Shown here in pieces: positions 8,221 through 17,308 of a stretch of DNA of 21,760 bases (the stretch's first letter is position 1; the number at the start of each line of letters is the position of its first letter). The stretch lies in the NCBI GenBank assembly GCA_039588295.1, contig JBDHAB010000043.1:1-21760 (forward strand), read 5' to 3'. This DNA comes from Gemmatimonadota bacterium (lineage in GTDB: Bacteria; Gemmatimonadota; Gemmatimonadetes; Gemmatimonadales; GWC2-71-9). The notes beneath the pieces were generated by a model that was not told the origin of the DNA, did not search any database, and worked only from the letters and a program-made list of their open reading frames with translations. The position numbers and the translations under genes are program-made.

Positions 8221-9180
8221 ATGAAGTGGATCACCATATCGGTCACGGTGAGTGTGCTTTGTGGCGGCCTACGGCCGAGCCCTGCCAGAGCGCAGTTCCT
8301 CCGGTGTGAAGTCACCAATGAACCGAGCCAGGTACTGCTGAGCGACGATGACGTCGTGAACTTCCTCCAGGCTCTGGACGCCCTGGAATCCGCATCGGAT
8401 TCTGCGTCCGTGCTTCAGCGGATGTATGTGGACCGGGCGAGCCCAGGACTCAGTGAGTACCTGAGATCCCACGAGTTCGAGGCCGAGGACTTCGTCGAGG
8501 CGATCCGCAATGAGGAGGGGAAGTACCAGGGCCTCCGAGACTTGCCGAGCCAGCTCGCCTCTCAGGACGGAGCCACACGCTCGGCGCTTGCTTCGCTCAG
8601 GGTACAGATTCCGGACGTTCAGTTCGTGCCTGTCTACTTCTTTGTCGGTATCGGTGATGCGGGACTCAACGCGGAGCCGTCCGAGTACGGACTGCTGCTT
8701 GCCATCACGGAGACGACGTCAGATTTCAGTGTCGTGAAGCTCGCCATCGTCCATGAGACCGTGCATGTGCAGCAGGCTCTGGCCATCGGGATCGAAGAGT
8801 ACATGCAGGTCTTTGGGCCGAAGATGAGCTTGCTGGCACTCGCCATCAGAGAGGGTACAGCAGAGTTCTTTACGTTCCTCAGCACCGGAGAGTATGGCAA
8901 GAAGAGGGCCTACGAATACGTGCTCGAGAACGAAGCAACCCTGTGGCAGCGATTCGAGCACGATATGCTCGAGCGTCTGCCTGGAGAATGGATGTTTGCC
9001 ACCCCCAGTGATCCCGAGCAGCCGGTCGACCTCGGCTACATCATGGGAGCGCGGATCGTGGAGGCCTTCTACAGTAGCGGCGACGACAAAGCTCAGGCGG
9101 TGCGCGAGATTCTGGCCATTACTGACTACGAGCTGTTCCTCGAGCAAAGCGGATACGCTGAGCAGTTCACGCCGCCTTGA
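8221..9180 (+). CDS. Secreted putative Zn-dependent protease (DUF2268-like)
   Basis: GGAGG RBS, signal peptide, HExxH (HETVH), downstream EGTAEF, DLGYIMGARIVEAFY. Confidence 0.8.
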   Translation: MKWITISVTVSVLCGGLRPSPARAQFLRCEVTNEPSQVLLSDDDVVNFLQALDALESASDSASVLQRMYVDRASPGLSEYLRSHEFEAEDFVEAIRNEEGKYQGLRDLPSQLASQDGATRSALASLRVQIPDVQFVPVYFFVGIGDAGLNAEPSEYGLLLAITETTSDFSVVKLAIVHETVHVQQALAIGIEEYMQVFGPKMSLLALAIREGTAEFFTFLSTGEYGKKRAYEYVLENEATLWQRFEHDMLERLPGEWMFATPSDPEQPVDLGYIMGARIVEAFYSSGDDKAQAVREILAITDYELFLEQSGYAEQFTPP

Positions 9181-9210
9181 GGGCACGTACCGACAACTCG
9201 AAATCACCAA

Positions 9211-9495
9211 GCCCCGAGCGGCACGCCGCGTTGCGAAGGACGGTAAGTGGGTAGGATGGTAGGCTGGTCGTCCTACGCTCTCACCGCCCTACCCTCCTAC
9301 CGCCTTCTGTGGTGTGCGAAAAGTCTGCGAACTCAGCCAAACGGAGCCAAACTCAGCGCGACGCAGCCAGAGAACTCGCGTCTGTAGTTGCTTACGCAGC
9401 AATACGTAACCGCACTCGGGCCGACGCAGCCGAACGCAGCGAGACTCGTTCAGAGCAAATGGGGTTCATTCGCGGTTCGACTCCCGCCCCGGACA
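9211..9495 (+). mobile_element. Most complete copy of the modular element; candidate attR-type attachment site ending in a tRNA 3' fragment
   Basis: Partial hairpin 9211-9232; GGTAG/CTACC block about 9238-9308; GTGGTGTGCGAAAAGTCTGCGAAC 9309-9332; 10-bp-phased AACKCAGCC repeats; TTACG-N8-CGTAA 9392-9409; TCAGAGCAAATGGGGTT 9450-9466; tRNA-like end 9474-9495. Confidence 0.7.
9474..9495 (+). other. tRNA 3'-end fragment (T-loop to discriminator), probably tRNA-Leu; candidate att core
   Basis: GG-TTCGACT-CCCGC-CCCGGAC-A has the spacing of T-loop, 3' T-stem, 7-nt acceptor strand and discriminator A. No matching 5' half upstream. Confidence 0.7.
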
Positions 9496-9609
9496 TACTG
9501 TCGCGCCCGGCCGAATGTCCCGAAACGGACCCATGATGTCCCCGAAGGGGGCTACCGCACTATGTCCCGCACGCCAATATCGCTGTAGAGCGGCACCCGG
9601 AAGGCCACC

Positions 9610-9954
9610 ATGACCCGGCGCAAGTGCTCGTCGTGGTCCTGGTTCCCCGGCGCGGGTCGCGAGGCTACCAAGGAGCTGCTCGACAAGTGTAAGGGTGCCA
9701 CTGTCGGCACCGACGCTGCGGTGCAATGCCGTAAGCGCAACAAACCTGGTGCCAACTGGTTGGCTGTATGGCAAGGTGGCGAGTGGAATACCGAACAGGC
9801 GGCAAGGCCCGTACGGTGGTCGTGGAAGTATCTAGCGAGCACACGGACCCTGATCGAGTCCGGCAAATACTTGAGAGTGGCGAGCTGCTACCTCACGTGT
9901 GCTTCGTGCCTGGCACCATCGTTCGGGTCGAGCTGGAAGAGGGGTGAAAGATGA
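9610..9954 (+). other. Possible degraded or hypothetical coding segment
   Basis: 114-aa ORF with no recognisable motif, ending 15 bp before a hairpin module as real genes here do. Confidence 0.25.
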
Positions 9955-9969
9955 CTGGTACCACGCCAC

Positions 9970-10140
9970 GCCCCGAGCGTCATGCGTCGTTCGGGGCTTT
10001 CCAAATGGCGGTACGTCGGTAAGACGGTAGGGCGGTACCGTCGTACCGTCCTACCCTCCTGCTGCCATCTGTGGTGTGCGAAGAGTGTGCGAACACGCAC
10101 AGGATGGTAAGTCGGGGGGACGGTAGGAGGGTATGTCCTG
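9970..10140 (+). repeat. Modular element: hairpin+TTT, GGTAG/CTACC palindrome, GTGGTGTGCGAAGAGTGTGCGAAC, GGTAG half-block
   Basis: GCCCCGAGCGTCATGCGTCGTTCGGGGCTTT 9970-10000; periodic palindrome about 10005-10068; direct-repeat motif 10071-10094. Confidence 0.88.
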
Positions 10141-10223
10141 TTCGGGGCCGTCGGTTAAGTGAGAGTGGGTGGGTGTGTTTCGGGTGTCTTTCTCACAGCA
10201 GAGCGGCATCGAGGTACGGGTCA

Positions 10224-10532
10224 TTAACCTTCGCGAGCCGAGAGGAGCACTTCCCGTTCAGCCCGCGCGTCCTCCCAGGTCTCGCGCCAGGCCAGGAGAT
10301 CCGGGGGCGTTGGCCGCAGCCGGAAATAGCGGTCGTACATCGCGAGTGCCGCCTCCCGGGCCCCGGCCGCCGCGAGCAGCCGGGCTTCCTCGAGCACGAA
10401 GTCCACGTGAAAGCCGAACAGCCCCCAGAGTCCGGCGCGGTAGGGGCGTCTGACGACCACCTGAAGTCCGAATTCCGGGTAGCCTAGCGCCAACAACAGG
10501 CCGCTCGGATCCATGTAGTGGAGCGCAGCCAT
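10224..10532 (-). pseudogene. 5'-truncated C-terminal fragment of a TPR-type protein
   Basis: FVLEEARLLAAAGAREAALAMYDRYFRLR followed by a capping helix resembles the end of kinase/TPR proteins. No RBS, and the nominal start lies inside a heptamer repeat. Confidence 0.55.
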
Positions 10533-10746
10533 CGGCCGTCAGCTATCAACTCTCAGCCTTCAGCTTTCAGCTGCCCTCCCTCTTCTCAGTCGTCCCGGTC
10601 GTCAGAGTCGTCTCAGTCGTCTGAAAAGAGAGGATGAGTGGGGCAGGAGGCGCAGAGGGGGCAGAACAGCTGCTGCCAGTGCGGCAGCATCGCCTACTCT
10701 CCTACCCTCCTAGCATCTGCCGTCCTACCGCCCTCCCGCCCTCCGA
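10525..10746. repeat. Compound short-period repeat tract (7-mer, 9-mer, 8-mer)
   Basis: 7 x TCAGCYN-like units 10525-10573; 4 x CNNNGTCGT 10585-10620; GGCAG/CCTACC 8-mer arms about 10640-10746. Confidence 0.75.
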
Positions 10747-10796
10747 CGTACGTTTGCACCTCACGTTGACCTTCTGACCAGCAACCCACTGATCCC

Positions 10797-13700
10797 ATGA
10801 CGAAGAATATCTTCCGTACCGCGCTCCTCGTGACCTGGCTCGCCATCCCCGGTGCCGACCTCGCGGCGCAAGCGGCCGACGCGCGCCTCGGCGAGACGAA
10901 CTACAAAGCCCTCGCGTTCCGCAACATCGGACCCGCCATCAACGGCGGCCGCATCGCGGACATCGCGATCCACCCCGACAACGGCAACGTCTGGTACGTG
11001 GCCGTGGGCTCGGGCGGCGTGTGGAAGACCGAAAACGCCGGCACCACCTGGCAGCCGATCTTCGACGAGCAACCCTCCTACTCGATCGGCTCGATCACAC
11101 TCGACCCCAACAACCCCGCCACCGTCTGGGTCGGGACGGGCGAGAACATCGGTGGCCGACACGTGGGCTACGGCGACGGCGTGTACAAGAGCACCGACGG
11201 CGGGAAGAACTGGCAGAACATGGGGCTCAAGGCCTCGGAACACCTCTCGAGGATGCTGGTGCATCCCGAGAACTCCGACGTCGTGTGGGTGTCGGCCCAG
11301 GGACCGCTGTGGACCCCCGGCGGTGAGCGCGGGCTCTACAAGACCACCGATGGCGGCGCGACGTGGCGCAACGTGCTGAGCGATAACGAGTGGACCGGTG
11401 TCACGGACATCGTGATGGATCCGCGCGACCCCGACGTCCTCTACGCTGCCACCTGGGACCGCCACCGCACCGTGGCCGCCTACCTGGGCGGCGGGCCTGG
11501 CTCCGGCATCCACAAGAGCACCGACGGCGGCGAGACCTGGACCAAACTCACCACCGGGTTGCCGTCGTCCAACCTCGGGAAGATCGGGCTCGCGATCTCG
11601 CCACAGGATCCGGACATCGTGTACGCCGCGATCGAGTTGGACCGTCGGACGGGAGGCGTGTACCGCTCCACCAACCGCGGCGGATCGTGGACCAAGATGT
11701 CCGACGCGGTCTCGGGCGCCACCGGGCCGCATTACTACCAGGAGCTCTACGCCTCACCGCACCACTTCGGGCGGCTCTACCTCGTCAGCGCCGTGACGCT
11801 CATCTCCCACGACCACGGCGCGACGTTCCGGGGCATGAACCTGGCCAAGAAACATTCGGACGACCACGCGATTGCGTTCCACAAGGACGATCCGGACTAT
11901 CTGCTGGTGGGCAGCGACGGCGGGTTGTACGAGACCTACGACGACATGAAGACGTGGCGGTTCCTCCGCAATCTCCCGGTAATGCAGTACTACAAGATCT
12001 CGGTGGACGACGCCCAGCCGTTCTACTTCGTCTACGGCGGGACACAGGACAACGGCTCCAACGGCGGCCCCTCGCGCACCAACACCCAGCACGGCATCCG
12101 GAACGCCGATTGGTTCAAGACCCTGGGCGCGGACGGCCACGGCTCCGCGACCGAGCCGGGCAATCCGAACATCATCTACGCCGAGACGCAGCAAGGCGGG
12201 CTGCACCGGGTGGACCGGATCACCGGAGAGCAGGTGTTCATCCAGCCGCAGGCGCGCGAAGCCGAGCCCTTCGAGCGGTACAACTGGGATGCGCCGATCG
12301 AGATCAGCCCTCACAACCCCACGCGCATCTACTTCGCGTCACAGCGCGTGTGGCGCACGGACGATCGCGGCAACAGCTGGACGCCCATCTCCAATGACCT
12401 CACGCGCAACGAGGAACGCATCACGCTACCGATCAGGGGCGCGCAACAGAGCTGGGACAATCCGTGGGACCTCTCGGCCATGTCCAACTACAACACGATC
12501 ACCTCGTTGGCCGAGTCGCCGCTCGTGGAGGGCCTGCTCTACGCCGGCACTGACGATGGTCTGCTGCAGGTGACCGAAGACGGCGGTACCACCTGGCGCC
12601 GCATCGAGGTCGGCAGCATTCGCGGCGTGCCCGCCACGGCATTCGTGAACGACATCAAGGCCGACCTGTTCGACGCCGGCACCGTGTACATGGCGCTCGA
12701 CAACCACAAATACGGCGATTTCAGCCCCTATGTGGTGAAGAGCACGGACCGCGGGCGCTCGTGGCGGTCGATCGCGGGCGACCTTCCCGACCGGCACCTC
12801 GTGTGGCGCGTGGTGCAGGACCACGTGAACCCGCAACTCGTCTTCGCCGCGACGGAGTTCGGCATCTTCTTCACCGTAAACGGTGGTGCAGCGTGGATCG
12901 AGCTCGAAGGGGGCGTGCCCACCATCGCGTTGCGTGACATCACCCTTCAGCGGACGCACCAGGACGTCGTGGCGGGCTCGTTCGGCCGCGGCATCTTCAT
13001 CCTGGACGATTACACGCCGCTCAGGAACTTGAGCGAAGAAGTGCTGGCCCGTGAGGCGGCGCTCTTCCCCGTACGCACCGCGCACTGGTATGTGCCGAAG
13101 AATGTGGTGGGCTCCGAGGGACACGACGACTACCAAGCGGAGAACCCGCCGTTCGGCGCCGTGTTCACCTATCACCTGCGCGACGGTTACCAGTCAATGG
13201 AGGCGGCGCGGAAGAAACTGGAACGCGACCTGGACCGGGACGAGAATGTCCCGTTCCCCGGCTGGGAGTCGTTAGAGCAGGAGATGCGGGAGCAAGGGCC
13301 GACGGTCCAGGTTGTCGTGCGCGACCAGACGGGGACCGTGGTGAACCGCGTGACCGGTCCCACGTCGTCCGGCGTTCACCGCGTGAGTTGGAATCTTCGA
13401 TACGCGAGCACGGACCTGGTCGACTTCGGTGACACCGGCACCGGCAACGGGTTTCCCGTCGGTCCCGGCACCTACACGGCCACGCTGGTCAAGATCGAGG
13501 CGGGCGAGGTCACCGAGCTTGCGGGTCCCGTGTCGTTCGACGTCGCGCTGCTCAGGGACGGGGCGCTACCACGGGTGTCCAACGAGGTCATCGCCCAGTT
13601 CCGTGCCGAGCTGGAAGCGTTCCAGCAGGACCTCGCGCGCGCCGACAATGTCCTGGACGAACTGATAGAGAAGATCGAAGCCATGCAAACGGCGCTGGAT

Positions 13701-14036
13701 CGCGCCGAAGTCGGTGATACGGCGCTGACGCGCCGGCTGTACATGACGCGGCTCGAGCTGCTCGACCTCCGCCAGGCGATCGAGGGCAGCGAGGCGAAAG
13801 ACGAGATCGGCGAACGCGATCCGCCATCGCTCGGGAACCGGTACTTCGTGGGCGTGCGCGGTCTCAACACGACCTACGGCCCGACCGAGCTCCACCGCAG
13901 TACGGTCGCAGCAGGCCGCAACGAACTCGCCGCACTCGAGACCGAGCTGGACCGGATCGTCGAGCAGGTAATGCCGGAACTCGAACGCGCGCTCGAGGCG
14001 GCGGGGGCACCGCCCATCGAGGGGACCGGGCGATAG
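10797..14036 (+). CDS. Secreted VPS10/sortilin-like BNR (Asp-box) repeat protein, glycosyl hydrolase-like
   Basis: Signal peptide; FRNIGPAINGGRIADI; many Asp-box repeats (KSTDGGKNW, KTTDGGATW, KSTDGGETW, RSTNRGGSW, RTDDRGNSW); GGTQDNGS; C-terminal helical region. Confidence 0.92.
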   Translation: MTKNIFRTALLVTWLAIPGADLAAQAADARLGETNYKALAFRNIGPAINGGRIADIAIHPDNGNVWYVAVGSGGVWKTENAGTTWQPIFDEQPSYSIGSITLDPNNPATVWVGTGENIGGRHVGYGDGVYKSTDGGKNWQNMGLKASEHLSRMLVHPENSDVVWVSAQGPLWTPGGERGLYKTTDGGATWRNVLSDNEWTGVTDIVMDPRDPDVLYAATWDRHRTVAAYLGGGPGSGIHKSTDGGETWTKLTTGLPSSNLGKIGLAISPQDPDIVYAAIELDRRTGGVYRSTNRGGSWTKMSDAVSGATGPHYYQELYASPHHFGRLYLVSAVTLISHDHGATFRGMNLAKKHSDDHAIAFHKDDPDYLLVGSDGGLYETYDDMKTWRFLRNLPVMQYYKISVDDAQPFYFVYGGTQDNGSNGGPSRTNTQHGIRNADWFKTLGADGHGSATEPGNPNIIYAETQQGGLHRVDRITGEQVFIQPQAREAEPFERYNWDAPIEISPHNPTRIYFASQRVWRTDDRGNSWTPISNDLTRNEERITLPIRGAQQSWDNPWDLSAMSNYNTITSLAESPLVEGLLYAGTDDGLLQVTEDGGTTWRRIEVGSIRGVPATAFVNDIKADLFDAGTVYMALDNHKYGDFSPYVVKSTDRGRSWRSIAGDLPDRHLVWRVVQDHVNPQLVFAATEFGIFFTVNGGAAWIELEGGVPTIALRDITLQRTHQDVVAGSFGRGIFILDDYTPLRNLSEEVLAREAALFPVRTAHWYVPKNVVGSEGHDDYQAENPPFGAVFTYHLRDGYQSMEAARKKLERDLDRDENVPFPGWESLEQEMREQGPTVQVVVRDQTGTVVNRVTGPTSSGVHRVSWNLRYASTDLVDFGDTGTGNGFPVGPGTYTATLVKIEAGEVTELAGPVSFDVALLRDGALPRVSNEVIAQFRAELEAFQQDLARADNVLDELIEKIEAMQTALDRAEVGDTALTRRLYMTRLELLDLRQAIEGSEAKDEIGERDPPSLGNRYFVGVRGLNTTYGPTELHRSTVAAGRNELAALETELDRIVEQVMPELERALEAAGAPPIEGTGR

Positions 14037-14093
14037 TCGGCGACGAACGAATCCCGTTGCGGGCTTACCGCCACGATACGCCTCGCTGACAGT

Positions 14094-16574
14094 ATGCTAA
14101 CCGTCCCGCGGTTCGGCCGCTCGAGGGTCTGCTCGGTGCTGCGACGGCTTCGGGGTCTCCTCCCGGTGGCCGCTACCGTGCTGCTTGCCGGGTGCTCCGA
14201 TGCACGTCTCGTCGAATGGCCCGCCGGTGACCTCCGCCTCTCGATCGATGGCACCGGACATATCAGCCGCATGACCGACGCCAACAGCGGGCGCGACTAC
14301 CGGGCGGACGACGTCCCATCGCCTGTGCTGTCGGTGCAGACCGACGGTGCACTCCATCCACCACTTTCGTTTGCGTGGGACCCCGAGAATGACGTTGCCG
14401 AGTTCTCCTACGAGGGAGGGGTGACCGCGCGCGTCAACGTGACGCCGAGGGAGACCCACGTGGTGCTGGAGGTCGCGGCGGTGGAGCCCCTCGAGAACGT
14501 TGAGTTGGTCGTGTGGGGCCCGTTCCCAACCACCCTCTCCGACACGATCGGCGAGACGGTTGGGGTCGTACGCGACTCGGAGTTTGCCATCGGCATTCAA
14601 GCATTGAACATCAAGACGCTCGGCGGCCTTCCCTGGAACGACAACGACTTCCCTCCGCAGGTCGATCTGTTCGAAGACGGTGATTTCAGCAACCTGAGTC
14701 GCGAAGGAAGACGGGGGGTGCTCTTCCGGGTTGAGGCGGCAAAGCCCGAGGAGTTCGGGAGTACGCTGCAAGCCTACACCCGTGACCGAAGCCGCGACCG
14801 TGTAATCGAGAACTGGAACCACGAACATTACGTCGCGCCGGCGTTCGACGACGGGGGCGTCATTGGATCCAAGATCGCACTGTTCGGCGCGCCAACCGAA
14901 CAGGTGCTCGAGGCACTTGGTGCCATCGAGCTTGCAGAGGGGCTTCCTCATCCAACCGTCGACGGTGAATGGGGGAAGACCGCGCGCTCCGCGTCTGCCG
15001 CGTATACCATCCTCGACTTCAGCGAAAACGATGTCGATCAGGCCATCGCCTGGACCGAGCGCGCGGGTCTCCGATACCTGTATCACCCAGACCCGTTCCA
15101 GACCTGGGGGCACTTCGAGCTGAAGCGGGATCGTTTCCCCAACGGACGGGCGGGCTTGAGGCGTGCGGTCGACATGGCCGAGGCCTCCGGCGTGCACGTC
15201 GGCGTCCATACGTTATCGAACTTCATTACCACGAACGATCCCTACGTCACGCCCATCCCCGATCCTCGCCTCGCAAAGGTGGGTGGGAGCGGGCTCAGCG
15301 AAGCCGTCGACGCGACGCAAACCGAGATCCCCGTGGCGTCACCGGAGTTCTTTGCGCAGTACGACAACAACACCCTGCGCACGGTGGTCGTGGGAAACGA
15401 GCTGATCCAATACCGCACGGTGTCCGAGGCCGAGCCATGGAAGCTGATCGACTGTGCGCGGGGAGCGTTCGGCACGACGGCGTCGGCGCACGCGGCCGGG
15501 GACGAAGTGGCGTTGCTCGCCGACCACGGCTACCGCGTCTTCCTCACGAACGCCGATCTCAGCCGAGAGGTGGCGACCAATATCGCCGAGCTGTTCAATG
15601 AGACCGGCGTGCGGCAGATCTCGTTCGATGGGTTGGAGGGCAACCAGTCGACTGGCATGGGGAACTACGGTGAGGCGCTGTTCACCACCACCTGGTACGA
15701 CAACCTCTCGGGAGACATCCGTACCCACCTGATTGCCGATGCCAGCCGCACGAGTCACTACTTCTGGCACATCTACACGCGGATGAACTGGGGCGAGCCG
15801 TGGTATGCCGGGTTCCGCGAGAGTCAGACCGAATACCGCATGAAGAACCAGCCCTACTTCCGGCGCAACCTCATGCCCGGCATGCTGGGGTGGTTCCGTA
15901 TGACCAAGGAGACCACGATCGAGGACGTCGAGTGGATGCTCGCGCGTTCGGCCGCGTTCGATGCCGGCTACGCGTTCGTGACGGGCTACGAGGAGTTGGA
16001 GGGCAACGGCTTCACCGACCGCATTCTCGACGCGATCGGCTTGTGGGAACGCGCCAGGATGGCTGACGCATTCCGCAGCGAGCAGAAGCAGCGCATGGAG
16101 GATGTTGAGAGCGAGTTCCACCTCGAGGCCGCTGGAGACCATGCCTTCACGCTGACCCAAGTGCATCCGCAGGTGTTCCGCCACGAGCGCGGTGTTCGCC
16201 AGCCGGGAGAACCAGCGTCGTCTACGTTCGAGTTCGCGAACCCCGGGGAAGCTCAGACGATGCGGTGGATTCTGTCTGCCGAAGACGGTGCCGTATCGCG
16301 GGTGCGGCTTTCCATCGACAATCGCGAGACGATCACTCTACCCGTGCGTTTGCGTGAAGGATGGTCACTGCGGTACGAAGGTGGGTCGACGGTGACAATC
16401 CACGACGCCAGTCACCGACGGGACGGAGGGGTCAGCGTCGACGAGCGTTGGTTCCAGATTGCGCCCGGTCGACACTCCGTCACGCTGGACGCACAGCTGA
16501 CTCCGGCGGATAACGCGAAAGCGCGGTTGGAGCTCAGGCCCCTGGGACTAGGAGAGTCGATCAATGTTCCGTGA
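14094..16574 (+). CDS. Large hypothetical lipoprotein (possible glycoside hydrolase-like barrel)
   Basis: 826-aa ORF with coding-like codon use; lipobox LLAGC; segments GVHTLSNFI, QISFDGLEG, RMNWGEPWY. The start may be a later GTG. Confidence 0.8.
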   Translation: MLTVPRFGRSRVCSVLRRLRGLLPVAATVLLAGCSDARLVEWPAGDLRLSIDGTGHISRMTDANSGRDYRADDVPSPVLSVQTDGALHPPLSFAWDPENDVAEFSYEGGVTARVNVTPRETHVVLEVAAVEPLENVELVVWGPFPTTLSDTIGETVGVVRDSEFAIGIQALNIKTLGGLPWNDNDFPPQVDLFEDGDFSNLSREGRRGVLFRVEAAKPEEFGSTLQAYTRDRSRDRVIENWNHEHYVAPAFDDGGVIGSKIALFGAPTEQVLEALGAIELAEGLPHPTVDGEWGKTARSASAAYTILDFSENDVDQAIAWTERAGLRYLYHPDPFQTWGHFELKRDRFPNGRAGLRRAVDMAEASGVHVGVHTLSNFITTNDPYVTPIPDPRLAKVGGSGLSEAVDATQTEIPVASPEFFAQYDNNTLRTVVVGNELIQYRTVSEAEPWKLIDCARGAFGTTASAHAAGDEVALLADHGYRVFLTNADLSREVATNIAELFNETGVRQISFDGLEGNQSTGMGNYGEALFTTTWYDNLSGDIRTHLIADASRTSHYFWHIYTRMNWGEPWYAGFRESQTEYRMKNQPYFRRNLMPGMLGWFRMTKETTIEDVEWMLARSAAFDAGYAFVTGYEELEGNGFTDRILDAIGLWERARMADAFRSEQKQRMEDVESEFHLEAAGDHAFTLTQVHPQVFRHERGVRQPGEPASSTFEFANPGEAQTMRWILSAEDGAVSRVRLSIDNRETITLPVRLREGWSLRYEGGSTVTIHDASHRRDGGVSVDERWFQIAPGRHSVTLDAQLTPADNAKARLELRPLGLGESINVP

Positions 16575-16733
16575 AGCGGGTATTGCCCGCGTCAACGCAA
16601 CAATGCCTATTGGTGCCGGTTGACGCCGATTGACGTCAAAACACCCGAGCGGCAAGTCGCCACCCCCCTTGAGGTTCCCGTCGTCGTCGACCGCTTCGCC
16701 GAGCTGCGGCAGCCGCTTTGCGAGTGAACCGCT

Positions 16734-16934
16734 TCAGCGTTCTCTCTCGAGGATGATCTCGTAATACTTCGCGGCGCCATAGCCGCCGATCCCTGGGGCA
16801 AACACCTGCACCAAACGCCAACCGTCTCGCGCGTGCTTGTGGATTATGTCCTGGTAAGTCTGCTTGGCCGCCTTGCGGGCAGCCAAGATCCCTTCGCCCA
16901 AGCGGACGAATTTGTATTCGTAGTTCTGTCTCAC
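16734..16934 (-). CDS. DUF4177 domain small protein (66 aa)
   Basis: GGGGAG RBS then GTG at 16934; YEYKFVRL...IIHKHARDGWRLVQVF...YEIILER. Confidence 0.85.
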   Translation of the reverse strand: MRQNYEYKFVRLGEGILAARKAAKQTYQDIIHKHARDGWRLVQVFAPGIGGYGAAKYYEIILERER

Positions 16935-17137
16935 GATCGTTCGCTCCCCTTCGTGCGTTTGACGTTGGATAGCTGTTCGGTAATGTGGTGGCCCTTGGGA
17001 GTCTACCGTCCCATTGCCTCCGCGACTACCGCTCCCTGCTCCCCTCACATGAGCGCCGTAACTAGCCCCCTAATCTTCCCATGGTCCCCGAAAGACTCCA
17101 ACAGCCCGCGCCGTGGCGGTCGTCGGTGAACCGCGGG

Positions 17138-17287
17138 ATGCCCGCTGAGCAGATCCGCAAGCGACTCGGCACCATGACATTGGCGAAGCAAGTGTGTGAG
17201 GATCTGCTACGGGACGCGCTAGACGCGGGTGGAAGCGACAACATTGCCGTTATTGTCGGGCGCGCAGTAGCCAAGGACGCCGTGTAG
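17138..17287 (+). pseudogene. C-terminal fragment of a PP2C-family Ser/Thr phosphatase
   Basis: EQIRKRLGTMTLAKQVCEDLLRDALDAGGSDNIAVIVGR contains the terminal PP2C GGxDNIxVIV motif; all upstream motifs (e.g. DGMGG, CSDGL) are absent. Confidence 0.8.
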
Positions 17288-17308
17288 AGCCGAGGGTGGC
17301 GGCCAACG

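Noticed and set aside
9389..9413. Xer dif/pdif site
   Set aside because: The arms do not match XerC/XerD consensus (no TTATGTTAAAT-like arm), and the spacer is 8 bp between only 5-bp arms.
9410..9495. Complete tRNA or tmRNA gene
   Set aside because: No 5' acceptor strand (GTCCGGG), D-arm or anticodon arm, and the 3' end lacks the tmRNA/Ala-type CTCCA terminus.
9610..9954. Mrr-like nuclease from the AAVQCRK segment
   Set aside because: No convincing D...QxK spacing or surrounding fold signature; too weak without an HMM search.
10761..16395. Many long alternative-frame ORFs within the VPS10 and lipoprotein genes (also within qor and the kinase)
   Set aside because: Arg/Pro/Gly-rich shadow frames expected in high-GC coding DNA.
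16577..16660. Inverted repeats (GCGGG/CCCGC, GCGTCAAC/GTTGACGC, TTGACGTCAA) and a half copy of the hairpin module (CCCGAGCGGCA)
   Set aside because: Short and explainable as terminator-like structure between convergent genes or chance; not counted as an element copy.
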